From: an uncultured Chthonomonadaceae bacterium
Lineage (GTDB): Bacteria > Armatimonadota > Chthonomonadetes > Chthonomonadales > Chthonomonadaceae
DNA length: 24,310 nt
Direction of reading: 5' to 3'
Assembly (NCBI GenBank): GCA_963835065.1
Contig: CAWIEK010000040.1
Location: 1-24,310 of the forward strand
Below, one piece after another: positions 9,192 through 18,740 of this stretch. Below the pieces are notes generated by a model. That model saw nothing but the letters and a program-made list of their open reading frames with translations. It searched no databases and was not told the origin of the DNA. Numbering within the stretch: position 1 is the first letter of the stretch; every line of letters begins with the position of its first letter. Both the position numbers and the translations under genes were made by a program.

Positions 9192-11969
9192 TCAACAGGC
9201 AATATGCGCTTTCACATAGGCGCATGCCTGCTCAAGCGTCATTGCCGTTCCCTGCGCCCAAAGTGCAGCGTAAGCCTCCGGCGACAGGCAGGTCGTCGCA
9301 GCAGCAAGCATACGCGCTTTCTGCTCTTGCTCCTGCTCGGTGCGCTGCGCGCCTGCTGCTTCCCTGAGCGCCTGTACCGCGCCCGACAGAAGAATGGTTT
9401 GTTCGCTCAACCCGCTATCCCAGAACAGTTCCGCAAATGCGTCCAGCGTAAACGCGCTGCCATTTCTGTCGTTGAGCGCTATGCGTATTTGCAAACTATC
9501 CCATAGAAAGCGGTGCGCGGCGGCGAAATCACGTTGCCTGCGCGCTACATCACCGAGGTTGACCAGTTTGAATCCTGCTCCCCAGCGGTTGCCAAACTCT
9601 ATATCCAAGGCAAGGCCTTCCTCATAGTAGCGCCTTGCCTGTGGATAATCTTCAAGACAGCAGCAGACCACGCCCAGGTTGCCTAACATAGAAGCCATAT
9701 AGGCGCGATCATCACCCTCCCGGTAAATTGCCAGACTCCGCTCGAAGTGAGAACGCGCTTCTGCATACTCGGATGCGTTTACGAACAAAATGCCAAGGTT
9801 GTTCAGCGCAGCCGCAATGCCACGCTGATTTCCCACGCTTTGCCACAGATCGATACTCTGCTGGTACAAACGGCGCGCTTCCTCGCTTTGTCCCTGCGTA
9901 TTGGCAACGATAGCCAGGTTGTTCAGGGCTTCCGCCATGCCCGCCTGGTCGTTAATACTCTCGCTCAATCGCAGACTTTCTTCCAGCACGCGACGCGCTT
10001 CCTCGTATTCGGCTTGTCGCGTTGCCAGAACGCCCAGGCCATTCAGAGCTTTGGCGCGGAGGCGTTCGGCGGTTTGCGGGCTGCGCGCGAGCGCGCCACT
10101 GAGCCAGCTTCGGCCCTCCTGAAAGTGGCTGCGCATGGACCAGAAACGCCACAACGACGATGCCAGTTGCAGGCGCGTCGTGTTGTCCGTTGCCCACTTC
10201 AGCCCCGCGCGCAGGTTGTCGTGTTCGGCTTCCAGCGTTCGCAGCCAATGCGCCTGCTCCGCGCCGGTCAGTTTCGGCTCGGCTTCTTCGGCCAGTTCGA
10301 GGAAGCAGCGCAAATGGGCTTCGCGGGCGGGTTCGGTTTCCCCCGCTTCCTCCAATTTTTCCGCCGCGTACTCCCGCACGGTTTCCAGCAGGCGATAGCG
10401 CGGCGCGTCTTCCTGTTGGGCCGCGTGGCCTTCACGCCCGGCTTCCTCCACAACCACGAGCGAAGCGTCCGCCAGTTGCGACAGCAGGTTCAGCGCGTCT
10501 CCCGGTTCCAATTCGCCCCACTCGCACACCGACTCTGCGCCTTCCAGCGTCCAGCCGCCCGCGAACACGGCCAGGCGGCGCAGCAGCACGCGCTCACCGG
10601 GGGAAAGCAGATCGTGGCTCCAGTCAATCAGGGCGCGCAGGGTTTGATGCCGTTCCAGAACGTCGCGCTTGCCGCCCACCAGCAGCTTGAAACGCTTGTT
10701 CAGACGCTCCGCGAGCTGCTGCGGCGTCAGGGCGTTGACGCGGGCTGCGGCCAGTTCGATGGCAAGCGGGATGCCGTCCAACTGGCGGCAGATTTGAGTC
10801 ACGGCGGGCAGATTGGCCGGCGTCAGCGCAAAGTGGGGGCGCGCGGACGTGGCGCGTTCCACAAACAGGCGCAGCGAAGCGTGGCGCATGGCGTCTTCTA
10901 CTGTGAGCGCGGTTTGGGCATCGGGAACCGGCAGGGAAGGGATGCGCCAGGACTTTTCGCCCGCGATATGCAGGGGCTTGCGGCTGGTTGCCAGTACGCG
11001 CAGGCCGGGGCAGGCTTGCAGCAGCGCGTTGGCGGTTTGGGCGCAGGCGTCCACCAGATGCTCGCAATTGTCCAGCAGCAGCAGCAAATTCCGATCCCGC
11101 AGACTGTCGCACAGGGTTTGCAGCGCGTCCTGGTTCGGCTCATCCGCGATACCGAGCGTTTTGGCAATGGTTCGCGCCACCAATCCGCCGTCAGTCAGCG
11201 CGGCCAATTCCACAAACCAGACGCCATTGGCATAATCGTCCACGGCTTCGGCTGCCGTTTGCAGGGCAAGCCGGGTTTTGCCGCAGCCGCCCGCGCCCAG
11301 AAGCGTGAGCAGGCGCGTTTGCGTGAGCAGTTCACAAACGTCATTTAATTCCTGTTCCCTGCCGATGAACGAACTCAACTGTGACGGCAGATTGTGCTTG
11401 AACGCGGTCAGGGAGCGCAATGGCCCGAAATCGTCCAGCCAGTCGGGATGCTGCAGTTGGTAAATGCGCTCCGGGCGCTGCAGGTCTTTGAGATGGTGCA
11501 GGCCCAAATCGCGCAGGAACACCCCGCCTTCCAATTCGTCGCGCACCAGTTCGGCAGTGGCTTGCGTCAGGAGAATCTGCCCGCCGTAGCCTGTTGCGCG
11601 GACACGGGCACAGCGATTGACCGCCCCGCCATAATAATCCTCGGCGCGTAAATCGGCTTCCCCCGTATGCAGCGCCATGCGTACCTTGATGGGCGTGTCA
11701 GCAGGCCATTCTTCCGCCCGCAGCGCATGTTGAACAGCAACCGCCGCCCGCGCCGCATCCACCGCAGACGCAAACGTTACAAACAGGCTGTCGCCCTCGC
11801 CCCGCTTCTTGATCACCACGCCATTGTGCCGCGCGGTTCCCGCTTCGATCAAATCCTCATGGCGTGACAAGGCTACGCGCATCGCGTCGGGAAATTGATC
11901 CCACAGCGGGGTGCTGCGTTCCACATCGGTCAGCATAAACGTAACGGTTCCACTTGGTAAGGATGGCAT
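9192..11969 (-). CDS. Class III adenylate/guanylate cyclase domain + STAND (AP-ATPase/NB-ARC-like) + TPR protein
   Basis: VTFMLTDVERST, GEGDS and VRMALHTGEA...DYYGGAVNRCARV (cyclase). GAGGCGKT, LLLLDNCEH and LDGIPLAIELAAAR (STAND). Repeated ALNNLG TPR units. Confidence 0.93.
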   Translation of the reverse strand: MPSLPSGTVTFMLTDVERSTPLWDQFPDAMRVALSRHEDLIEAGTARHNGVVIKKRGEGDSLFVTFASAVDAARAAVAVQHALRAEEWPADTPIKVRMALHTGEADLRAEDYYGGAVNRCARVRATGYGGQILLTQATAELVRDELEGGVFLRDLGLHHLKDLQRPERIYQLQHPDWLDDFGPLRSLTAFKHNLPSQLSSFIGREQELNDVCELLTQTRLLTLLGAGGCGKTRLALQTAAEAVDDYANGVWFVELAALTDGGLVARTIAKTLGIADEPNQDALQTLCDSLRDRNLLLLLDNCEHLVDACAQTANALLQACPGLRVLATSRKPLHIAGEKSWRIPSLPVPDAQTALTVEDAMRHASLRLFVERATSARPHFALTPANLPAVTQICRQLDGIPLAIELAAARVNALTPQQLAERLNKRFKLLVGGKRDVLERHQTLRALIDWSHDLLSPGERVLLRRLAVFAGGWTLEGAESVCEWGELEPGDALNLLSQLADASLVVVEEAGREGHAAQQEDAPRYRLLETVREYAAEKLEEAGETEPAREAHLRCFLELAEEAEPKLTGAEQAHWLRTLEAEHDNLRAGLKWATDNTTRLQLASSLWRFWSMRSHFQEGRSWLSGALARSPQTAERLRAKALNGLGVLATRQAEYEEARRVLEESLRLSESINDQAGMAEALNNLAIVANTQGQSEEARRLYQQSIDLWQSVGNQRGIAAALNNLGILFVNASEYAEARSHFERSLAIYREGDDRAYMASMLGNLGVVCCCLEDYPQARRYYEEGLALDIEFGNRWGAGFKLVNLGDVARRQRDFAAAHRFLWDSLQIRIALNDRNGSAFTLDAFAELFWDSGLSEQTILLSGAVQALREAAGAQRTEQEQEQKARMLAAATTCLSPEAYAALWAQGTAMTLEQACAYVKAHIAC

Positions 11970-11997
11970 GGTGTTAGGTGTTAGGTATTGGGTGTTA
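11970..11997. repeat. Heptamer array (GGTGTTA)x4 abutting the start codon of the cyclase-STAND gene
   Basis: GGTGTTA GGTGTTA GGTATTG GGTGTTA at 11970-11997. TATAAT on the minus strand at 12010-12015. Confidence 0.85.
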
Positions 11998-12031
11998 TTA
12001 TGCGCTCAAATTATACCTCCGTATTGATGAA

Positions 12032-12565
12032 CTAGGGGAGGGGTTGGCGGTAGGATTCGTACACCTGTTCGCGCAGACCGCGCAGGCGGAGGGCGTAGGC
12101 GGTGGTGTTGATCTCTTCGGCCCACATCACGAGGGCGTTTTCGCCGTTGTCCGTGTAGTAGTTTTTGCGGAGGGCGACGTTGCGGAAACCGTATTTGCAG
12201 TACAAACGCTGCGCAGCCCGGTTGCTTTCGCGCACTTCCAGCGTGACATGAGACGCGCCGCGCAAAATAGCCTCTTCCATCAGGGCGATCAGCAGCCGTT
12301 CGCCGATCTTGCGCCCCTGCTGCGCGGGGTCAACCGCCAGCGTCGTGATATGCCCTTCCTCCATAATCACCCACGCGCCCGCATACGCGACCACCTCGGC
12401 TCCCTGACGCGCCACAAGGTAGCAGGCGGCGCGGTTGGAAAGCTCCGTCAGGTACGACGTGGGCAGCCAGGGCGACGGAAAGCAGCGCCGGTCAATACGG
12501 GCAACGGCTTCCATATCGGTATGCCGCATCAATTCAATGGAAATGGGTTCGACGGAAACATTCAT
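12032..12565 (-). CDS. rimI: Ribosomal protein S18 alanine N-acetyltransferase RimI
   Basis: EGHITTLAVDP, QGRKIG, TLEVRESNRAAQRLYCKYGF, RKNYYTDNGENALVM. Lies near tsaD. Confidence 0.93.
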   Translation of the reverse strand: MNVSVEPISIELMRHTDMEAVARIDRRCFPSPWLPTSYLTELSNRAACYLVARQGAEVVAYAGAWVIMEEGHITTLAVDPAQQGRKIGERLLIALMEEAILRGASHVTLEVRESNRAAQRLYCKYGFRNVALRKNYYTDNGENALVMWAEEINTTAYALRLRGLREQVYESYRQPLP

Positions 12566-12574
12566 TGGTATGTA

Positions 12575-12657
12575 GGTGTTCAGGGTATTGGGTGTTCGGG
12601 TGTTGGGCTTCTGTCTTCTGCTTAATGTCTAATATCTAATGTCTAATGCCTAATGCC
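12575..12657. repeat. Bipartite tandem repeat spanning the GH stop to the rimI start
   Basis: GGTGTTC/GGTATTG units at 12575-12605, CTTCTG(T/C) x2, and TAAT(G/A)(T/C)C x5 at 12623-12657. Confidence 0.85.
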
Positions 12658-15526
12658 TTCCCCGGCATGTTATACAGAACGCGCGTCGGTTGCGCGCTAT
12701 GATGGATTTCTTTGCCGTCCAGGTAGACGCTGTAGCCTTTGAAGCCGGGGGCAACGTGCCCGCCCTTTTCATCCCACGCGATGCTTACGTCATGGCCGCG
12801 ATATGCCTGCCCGTCCAGCACGTAGTACGACCATGCGGAGGGCGGCAACAGAGAGTCAATTTCCAGCACGTTGTCATTGCGCGGAACCAGCCCGATCAGA
12901 TGCCGTATCAGCGGGTCTACCCAGGTGGAATGGTTGTAATCGCGCTGCGTGGTCTTCCACTCGCCCGTATCGCCGTTGTAAAATTCGCCTGTCCAGGGAT
13001 ACATTGGATTTTGGTTATGGTACTGTACGCGGGTAAACGATGCGAACAATTCCAGCAGCTTTTCCCGCGTGAGCGCGCCCGTTTGCGAATGGCTTGTTTG
13101 GAATTGGCTGGACGGATAATCGCTTGACTGGTAATGCCGGAGCGTATTCGCCATTGCGGTCATTACCAGGCTGTTGGCGTGGGGCCACGAGGGGCCGTTC
13201 CACATGCAGATGCTTCCACCCGGACCGACAGGCCAGCCGTTTTGGGCATACGCAGGGCAATCTTTGGACGCGGATGCAAGCGGCCAGCGCGTCCAAAATT
13301 GGTTAGCGTTGAGCGCGACATTCCAAATCGCTTCGTAACCCTTGCCCTTCGTTGGCATGTCGAACGCAAACGGGTACAGGCCGATGATTTCCTTTGTCGG
13401 CGCAGGCGCGTTGTCACTCGCCCGCAGGGAATGGAACCAGTGCGTATCGGGGTTCCACATTTGTGTCAGCAGCGCATCCCGCGTGTCGTCCGCCAATTGC
13501 TGCAAGGGCTGCGCGTCCTATTGCGGTTCAGTTCGCGGTAAATGTCGGCGGCGGCCTGCGCGTTGGCGAAGTTGTACGCGGTCAAATCCACGCGGCGCAG
13601 GGGCGTCATGTACTTGCGGTCTTCGCCACTGCCGCCGCCCGTTTTATAATCGGCAAACGCGAAGAAACTCGGCTGCCACTCCATGCCCGTCCACCAGTGG
13701 CTGTCCACCGTAAGCAAGGGACTGCCGTTTTCGCCGTACACCTTGCGCCAGCCCTGCGCGTTGCGGGCAACGGGGTCGGCAACCGCGCTCAAAATCTGCC
13801 TGTCCGGGTGAACCAGATATGCGTCCCATGCGGTAGAAGCGATCCAATCGGTATACTGCCCGCCCGCCTGTCCTTTGGGCGTGATGTGCGAGGGGAAAAT
13901 TCCGTCCGGGCGCGGGTTCTCCGTCCACGTCTGCAAATGCCCCCAGGCATAAGACGGGTCGCGCAGCCAGCGCGATTCATCCACCTGATGCCCCGCGCCA
14001 TAAGAAATCACGTTGGCGTACCAATCGGATGTCCACCTGCCTTCGGCAAACGCCCGATGCCGCAGCCGCCCCAGACGCGGGTACATGCTGTTCTTTTTGA
14101 TATTGTACCAGCGATGGGCGTACATCCTGGTTACAAGCGGGTCGGAACAGGCGAAATGCGCGGTATTGGCGTCGAACCAATGCTGATAGGCCGCTGTCTG
14201 CGTTCGGAGGGGGTCCGGCTGGATAAGTATAGCCGTCAGTTTCGTCTCGGCCTCCTCTTTCGTGTGCCCAACCGCGCAGGCAAACGTGTACTTGCGCGTT
14301 TCTCCCGGCTTCGAGTCCGTTGCAAACTGTGCGTATTCGCGCTCTGGCCGTCAGTTCCACTGGCGGCTAAAAACAACGGAAAGCCTTCCACATCGCGCTG
14401 TTCGGCGTACCCACGCGGCGCGGTGAGCGACGAGACCATGTGGATTGAAAGGGGAATGTTAAAGGAAAAAGTCAATTGGGAAGCGCTCGACGCGGCTTTG
14501 AGCGGCGAGTCCATGCGAATTTTCACCGTCTGTACACTTCGTGTCGAATCCGCACCATCACCCGCGTCACCAGCACATCGTTGTCCGTGATCCATTTGTC
14601 GGCGCTAAAGTTGAGGGTTGAGAGTTGATAGTTGATAGTCTGCTGCCATCTGACTTTTCTTGTCCCGTCTTCTTTTCTTTTCTCCTTTTTCTCTCCTGTT
14701 TCCTGTTCCCTGTTCCCTGTCATCCTTTGCGTAAGCCGGTTCCACGCCGTACAACCCCGTGTACAGGTTGGTTCCCTGGTTACGGAAGGTGAAGCGGATT
14801 TGCTCGGCTTGTTCGGGCGCGATGCCTGAAAAAGCGATGGAAGTTTGACCGGGCTTTGGGCGTGATGGGGCGCGTGGCGACGTCATGCCAACTGCCGCTT
14901 CGGAACAGTTCCACGCCAACGCTTTCGGCAGGTGGGCGCAGCCGCCGCCCTGCTCCACATCGGAGAAAAAGTACAGGTCAGCCCCACAACTTGCACGATT
15001 TGCCGAAGTCTACGGTGTAGGTGTCCGTTCGATGCTTGCTGTTCCAGCATGTCCAGCGCTTGGAAGGGGTAAACGGTTTGGAAAGCGGGTTGTTCACGTT
15101 GTCGGTCGTGTAGGTGAACGAGGCGGACGCGGTAAGCAGGCTGCCGGGCGTGCCGACAAGGTGAACGTGACTCGGCATGTACCGCGCTTTGTCCACAATG
15201 TAATTGTTGTCGCCGCTCCGAACGCTCACATCGAACAGGCCGGCATTGTCTTTGTCGCTGATATACAGCAGGTGAACGCCGTCCCGAAACGCCCACCCCT
15301 GCGGACTGGTCGCCCACACGATTTCGCCCGAAGCCCCAAACGGAACCTCAGCGTCGTAAGGCCGCGCCAAAACGGTATCCACGCTGCTGCGGCTGGAGGC
15401 GAAAACTCGGTGCGGCAACGGCTTGCCTGCTGCCAGGTGTACGGTTTGTCCCGCATGAGCCGCCTCCCCTCCCATTATAAAAAGCAATGCCGCCAATATC
15501 GGCAACTTCCTATGTGTTCTGTTCAT
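12636..15526 (-). CDS. Large secreted glycoside hydrolase, MGH1/GH63-like (alpha/alpha)6 domain with N-terminal beta domains; several frameshifts
   Basis: Signal peptide MNRTHRKLPILAALLFIMGGEAAHA after AGGAG. Fragments in alternating frames carry YAHRWY, ESRWLRDP, TGMEWQPS, WNGPSWPHANS, GEFYNGDTGEW, DYNHST and YRGHDVSIAWD. Confidence 0.82.
14610..14722. repeat. Bipartite tandem repeat inside the GH coding region
   Basis: GTTGA(GG/GA/TA) x4 at 14610-14637, a CT-rich run, and CCTGTT(T/C)-type units x4 at 14695-14722. Confidence 0.85.
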
Positions 15527-15585
15527 GCCACTCCTGCAAATGATTATTTTATGTAATAAATACAATAACCTTAAAATAAAAATCC

Positions 15586-15704
15586 GTAGGGACACAACAT
15601 GTTGTGTCCTCCTCCGGCTGCCGCATATTCTCCTTCGGCGGTGTATTCCCCCGGTGAAGGACAGCGCGGACGTAGCAAGCGGGCACAACATGTTGTGTCC
15701 CTAC
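15586..15704. repeat. GTAG-type REP doublet (REPIN-like), 119 bp
   Basis: GTAGGGACACAACATGTTGTGTCC (15586-15609) and inverted GGGCACAACATGTTGTGTCCCTAC (15681-15704). Each is a self-palindrome with a GTAG foot. Confidence 0.85.
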
Positions 15705-15760
15705 ATTCTTGCTTTTCGGGTAAATAACGCTTTATTTCAATGGTATCAATCCTGCAAAGT

Positions 15761-18608
15761 TCAATACGCAATGTTCTCCGCATTAAGGAGATGCACGTCA
15801 AATTGGAGCATCGCGTCGGGCGGAATCGTGCTGCCGACGCCTGCGCTGCCGTATCCTAACGACGGCGGAATTATCAGGCGGCACGTACCGCCGACGCGCA
15901 TGGTGGCAATGCCTTCTTCCCAGCCCTTGATAACCTCGTCCTTGCCAAGCGTGAATACAAACGGCTGGCCGTGCTTGCGCGACGTGTCGAAGACCGTGCC
16001 GTCCGCGAATTTGCCGACGTAGTGAACGGTTAATCGCTGTCCTTTGTGGGGCAACGCGCCGGTTCCTTTCACCAGATCAACGATCTTCAGCCCGGAGGCC
16101 GTGACGCGCATTTCGCCTTCCTGCCCCTCCAATGTACGCAGCAGTTTGCCGGTACGCGCGACCCATATTTGTACGCCCTGCGTGTAACTGCCCGTGACCA
16201 GCCTGTTGCCGGTTGGGTCGAAGGCGGCGGACGTGTAGCCCACATAAGGATCTTCCCCATCTGCCTTCAGCGCGCTGCCTGTTTTGGGAAGAAGCGGCAG
16301 GACACACAGGCGCGTGGCCTTTGCCGTTCCCAGAACGACCACTTCATGCATTCCAGAAAGCAGGTTCGCAACACGAGTTTCGCGGGGCGAGAAAACAAAT
16401 CCGGTACTCGACAGCGGGTACACAACCGGAGGCGTGGACAAACCCGTTTTTACAATCCAGCGGCGGGCAGGCGAGCCGTCGGCAACGATGGTTTTGCCGT
16501 CGCGCGCAAACGCAGCCATTGCAATCAGCGTCAGTTTGTCCCGATGATAATAGCGCTGCCCGGTACGCGCGTTCCAAACATCCATTCGGCTTTCGATTCC
16601 GGCGGCAACCGAAGGCGTTTTCGGGCTATCCACAATGCTGACAAGCGTATCGTCTACGGGTGAAAACGCCATGCGGGGAATGTCACGAACGCCGGTGTCA
16701 AATGCCTGCGCCTTTTTGCCGGTTTGCGCATCCCAAACGCAAACGGAGGAATGGGAGGCAGGATTCCAGCCGTACTTTGCCGCCGCCAGCAGTTTGCCGT
16801 CATGCGAAAACAGGACGGTGCTGTAACTTCCGCCCCCGGCAAGCGTTATGCGCCGTTTGCCGGTCTGCATGTCCCAAAGGCTGACCACGCCCTTGCTGTC
16901 CGGGATCGCCAGGGTTGCGCCGTCAGGAGAACACGCGAAATTATGCGTGAAACGTCCGCCGTTTTTGAAATGTACGCCGCGCTTTGCCGGTACGCGCATC
17001 CCACAGCACAATGGCGCTGCCACTGCCGAGGATCGTTTTGCCGTCCGGGGAATACGCCACCTGCCAGATGGTTTCCGCAGGCGCGTCCGCCGAATCCGAA
17101 CCAAAGGGGGAAGCGAACGCCGTTTGCAGCCATGCGGACGTGGAATTTTCCGATGTGGCAGATGGATTGTCGCCGGAAGTGGAGGGGGACCCTTCCGGGG
17201 CTGTTTGCGCAATGTTGTATCTGTCCGTATCCCGATTTCGATCACGGGAACTTCCGCTTCCTGCGAAAAGGCAAAGACAGATAAAGCCAGCAAATCCCAA
17301 GCCTACCATCCAAGTTATGGCTGCTGTGGCTACAGAATGAACGCTATTCGGGTCGGCAGGCGTATCCGGCATGGGCGGATACGCCTCGTTGTAAGGATTT
17401 ACAGGCTTGATGCTTGTGGGAGCAGGGGCTTTCGATCTTTCCCGTTCTCGCACGGCCTGCTCGGAGGGGAACGGGTCCAGGCCGCGCAACTGCGTTTGCT
17501 TGCGAAGACACCAGGGGCAGGCGTCCAGATGATTGCCGTAAAAGTGCTGCGGATTGGCGTCACAGCGCCTTAGATTGCGCCCCGCTTCATCCAATGCGCG
17601 CTGCCACGTTCGGGCGTCCGGGCGCAAATCGGGATTGTCATGCCCCTCCTCAAAGCACAGCACAAACAATTCGCGCAAAGCAGGCGGCAGCAATTCAAAC
17701 GGCGGCGCATAGCGCGTGTTGGCGCGATACGGCACGTCCCGGTTGCCATACGGAAAATGCCCCCGCGCAATCCGCTCCTCAAACGGCGGGGGGTCGCCTT
17801 CCTCCAGATACACCCCCGCAAACGGATGCGTCCCCTCCATCAGCATATGAAAAATCAGCACCGCCAGCGCGAAGAGGTCGTGGGACGGAGATAAGGATGA
17901 AGGAATTGTTGATTTTCGATTTTCGATTGCCGATTGAGTTTCTTCTGTTCCCTGTTTCCTGTTCCCTGTCTCCTCTTCTCCTTGTCTCCTTGTCCCCTTG
18001 TCTTCTGTCTCCCCCTCTTGCATTTCGGACGGCGTGAAATCGGGCGTGTGGACGGGGCAGGCGTAGACGTGGCCGGTTTGGGGGTCGCGCACCTGGAAGG
18101 AGTCGGCGTCTACCAGCGTGACGAGCGCGGTTTGGGTGACTAAGACGTTGGAGTGTTTGAGGTCGCCAATGACGTAGCCGCGCGCATGGAGGGCGCGAAC
18201 GGCGGCAGCCAGATTGCGGGCGGTGCGCAACAGATAGCGGTAATCGAAGAGAGGACATTCGATCAGGCGCGTTTGCGGGTTGTAAACATCAATCACCTGC
18301 ACGGCGTCATGGACGCGCCCCATTAAAAACCCGGTTACGCGCCCCACATCGTCCGCATCGCACAGCAGATCGAGCGGCCAGGCAATCGAAACGTGCCCGT
18401 CCCTGCCTTCCGGCACATCCGGCGGCAGGTCGCGCATGACGGTCAATTTGGCGATCCGCTCCGTCAGGTCTTTATCGGCCTCGTACACCTTCGCCGCCAA
18501 ATGGGGCGATCCCGACACGGCATAAACCCGCGCCTCGCCCCCCTTGCCGAGCGGCGCGCTCGTGTCTACGGTCAGCATTTCTGCATTGGATTGCCGTCGT
18601 AAGCGCAT
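15761..18608 (-). CDS. YegI/TerY-associated Ser/Thr kinase + Cys/His finger + TM + WD40 repeats + FKBP PPIase; one frameshift near 16964
   Basis: GKGGEARVY, AAKVY, IAWP, IGDLKHSN, DADSFQ, HDLFALAVLIFHMLMEGTHPFAG, CDANPQH...CPWC, TM WMVGLGFAGFICLCLFAG, and WD units (VAYSPDGKT, LFSHDGKL, AFDPTGNR). FKBP at 15761-16111 (VHYVG, FDTS, VIKGWEEG, IPPSLGYG). The two ORFs join at an A5 run. Confidence 0.85.
17891..18015. repeat. Bipartite tandem repeat in frame inside the kinase domain
   Basis: GATT(TTC/GCC/GAG) heptamers from 17911, CTGTT(C/T)C-type heptamers at 17945-17972, and CCTTGTC(T/C) octamers x3 at 17980-18003. Confidence 0.88.
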
Positions 18609-18618
18609 AGTTTCTCCA

Positions 18619-18740
18619 TAGGGGTCAGGATTCAGGGGTCAGGGGTCGGGAAGGAGCCTGCCTGCTCCTTTTGTTATGAATATAGTCAAGATTAACGGTA
18701 AACGACTCACTGACCCCTGACCCCTGAATCCTGACCCCTA
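18619..18740. repeat. 122-bp palindromic element with perfect 29-bp terminal IRs made of CAGGGGT heptamers (MITE-like)
   Basis: TAGGGGTCAGGATTCAGGGGTCAGGGGTC (18619-18647) and its exact reverse complement (18712-18740). Confidence 0.9.

Noticed and set aside
9747..11348. 533-aa plus-strand ORF and other long antisense ORFs (3332..4231, 13394..14590, 19387..20271)
   Set aside because: Shadows of well-supported minus-strand genes in GC-rich DNA, with no recognisable motifs.
12636..15526. Glycoside hydrolase as a true pseudogene
   Set aside because: Motifs are intact, and single-base frame breaks occur in many unrelated genes across the window, which points to read errors. Cannot be fully excluded.
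16955..16972. Programmed ribosomal frameshift at TTTCAAAAAC in the kinase gene
   Set aside because: Not a canonical X XXY YYZ site, and a homopolymer over-call explains it more simply.
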